Under the pieces are notes generated by a model, which worked only from the letters and a program-made list of their open reading frames with translations, had not been told where the DNA came from and did not search any database. The translations under genes were made by a program, and so were the position numbers. From an uncultured virus (IMG/VR IMGVR_UViG_3300024327_000658) (Duplodnaviria; Heunggongvirae; Uroviricota; Caudoviricetes), in IMG/VR virus record IMGVR_UViG_3300024327_000658: a DNA stretch of 59,495 bases; one strand, 5' to 3'. Shown one piece after another: positions 58,357 through 59,495 of this stretch. Each line of letters starts with the position of its first letter. Positions within the stretch are counted from its first letter, which is position 1.

Positions 58357-59077
58357 AAGAATCGACATTAAGTGCTATGAAAAATTGATACACGTCATCT
58401 TTAAATGCGAAAGCATCGTGCCATTTCAAAGTGTTTATTAAATACAACCTACCAGGTTCAATATTTATCTCTGATCTGTATATCTCATGTTCTTGTTTAG
58501 TTTCATTCCACATACAAAAACCATCAGTTGTATCTTCTGTTTTAAATCGTAAATATACACCATCTGGATTAGTTGTTCCCCATAACCTCAACCAGCGAAC
58601 AGGGTGCCATGTGTCATAATGGGGTTTAAAATTCGCTCTCGTATCCCATTTTAAAATACAGCTTCTGATCATATATTTTTTTATATCATTCAATGGATCA
58701 AGTGAAGGCATATTAAGTACAGGGGTAGGTTCTGTAAAATCAACCTCTAAGTCTAATTTATCAACATTAACATTATTTTGTATGTCTTTATAGAAGTTAG
58801 TGAATTCTTCTGAGGTATCATTATATCCTAAATTTACAAAATTCCATCTATCGAGCGGCCAACACGCAGGTTCAGGAACATTATCTAATCTACCATTTTT
58901 ATTAACTAACGGCAACCCAAATCTTGGCAAATCTGTAAATTTATCACCCCATTGTTTAAAAAACGAATCATATTGATGTATGTCATTTAAAAAAGATTCA
59001 ACATCTATGCGCATATTTAAGGGAACTAAATTTTGACTATGCAATTCATTATATTTTTTTTCAGAAATAAAGGTCAT
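58328..59077 (-). CDS. Cupin/2OG-Fe(II) oxygenase-like (Asp/Asn beta-hydroxylase-like)
   Basis: FKPHYD (HxD) ... GRLYLINT.KWH.A; start placed at MTFIS. Confidence 0.65.
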   Translation of the reverse strand: MTFISEKKYNELHSQNLVPLNMRIDVESFLNDIHQYDSFFKQWGDKFTDLPRFGLPLVNKNGRLDNVPEPACWPLDRWNFVNLGYNDTSEEFTNFYKDIQNNVNVDKLDLEVDFTEPTPVLNMPSLDPLNDIKKYMIRSCILKWDTRANFKPHYDTWHPVRWLRLWGTTNPDGVYLRFKTEDTTDGFCMWNETKQEHEIYRSEINIEPGRLYLINTLKWHDAFAFKDDVYQFFIALNVDSYDHILHGAI

Positions 59078-59495
59078 AATATGCCTTTTTAGCAGATGCA
59101 CTAAATGGATCTAAACTCAAATTACATAAATGTTTAGATAATTCAAAACCCCTAAAAACACTTTCCCAAAAAGTATCATAAGGAAGCGGTGTATCGAAAT
59201 TACTTATTTCCCAGCAAGATTTTTGAAATGAAATAGGAAAACAGGGCACTTCGTCAGAGTCTTCTTTCAATTCCGAATTTTTAACCTTATAAAAATAATC
59301 AATCCGCTTGCTTAACCACTCTGAAAATAATTCATTTGTCGGTAGAGTGGCAGACAATAACATACCCCTTTTATCATTTAACAGTGTCAATTTTCTATAT
59401 ACACCATAATCAGAGGCTATCTGCAAAATAACTTTTTGATAATTGTGAGGTATAAACCCATCATGATCTATACAAAAATCTATTGTATTGTTCCA
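59061..59495 (-). CDS. Hypothetical protein, 5' truncated by the window edge
   Basis: The frame stays open to 59495 (WNNTIDFCIDHDGFIPHNYQKVILQ...). Confidence 0.6.
   Translation of the reverse strand, partial: WNNTIDFCIDHDGFIPHNYQKVILQIASDYGVYRKLTLLNDKRGMLLSATLPTNELFSEWLSKRIDYFYKVKNSELKEDSDEVPCFPISFQKSCWEISNFDTPLPYDTFWESVFRGFELSKHLCNLSLDPFSASAKKAYYDLYF

Noticed and set aside
1..59495. Stop-codon reassignment (alternative genetic code)
   Set aside because: Core genes are full length in the standard code; the broken genes are explained by frame changes, not in-frame stops.
1..59495. tRNA, rRNA, introns or inteins
   Set aside because: Intergenic gaps are nearly all under 100 nt, and no cloverleaf, intein or homing-endonuclease motifs were recognised.

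Overview
AT-rich fragment of a large T4-like myovirus genome with two parts. (1) 1-26285 is a T4-type core module: baseplate and tail genes (gp7 partial, gp6, gp25, gp5, gp27-like hub, gp53, two gp48-like paralogs, gp54-like, gp26, gp51, tape measure), plus gp4, gp2, gp32, gp59 and gp33. Two very large extra structural genes and two small ORFs lie between gp5 and gp25. gp26 and gp51 are joined by a T9A slippery run, which looks like a lambda G/GT-type programmed -1 frameshift just upstream of the tape measure gene. (2) 26278-59495 is a >33 kb, almost entirely minus-strand, tightly coupled enzyme cluster. It has 13 radical SAM genes in three subfamilies, about 11 glycosyltransferase domains (including an Aah/TibC-like protein heptosyltransferase fusion), methyltransferases, two 2OG-Fe(II)/cupin oxygenases, two SGNH-like proteins, a PLP enzyme, a nitroreductase and a QueC-like PP-loop protein. 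In the middle sits a plus-strand, late-promoter-driven pair: a Ser/Thr-rich structural-looking protein and a helical partner. The best hypothesis is an undescribed phage-encoded glycan-building and tailoring pathway, probably decorating the virion. All calls come from motif recognition by eye; no searches were run. Two genes carry frameshifts that may be assembly errors.
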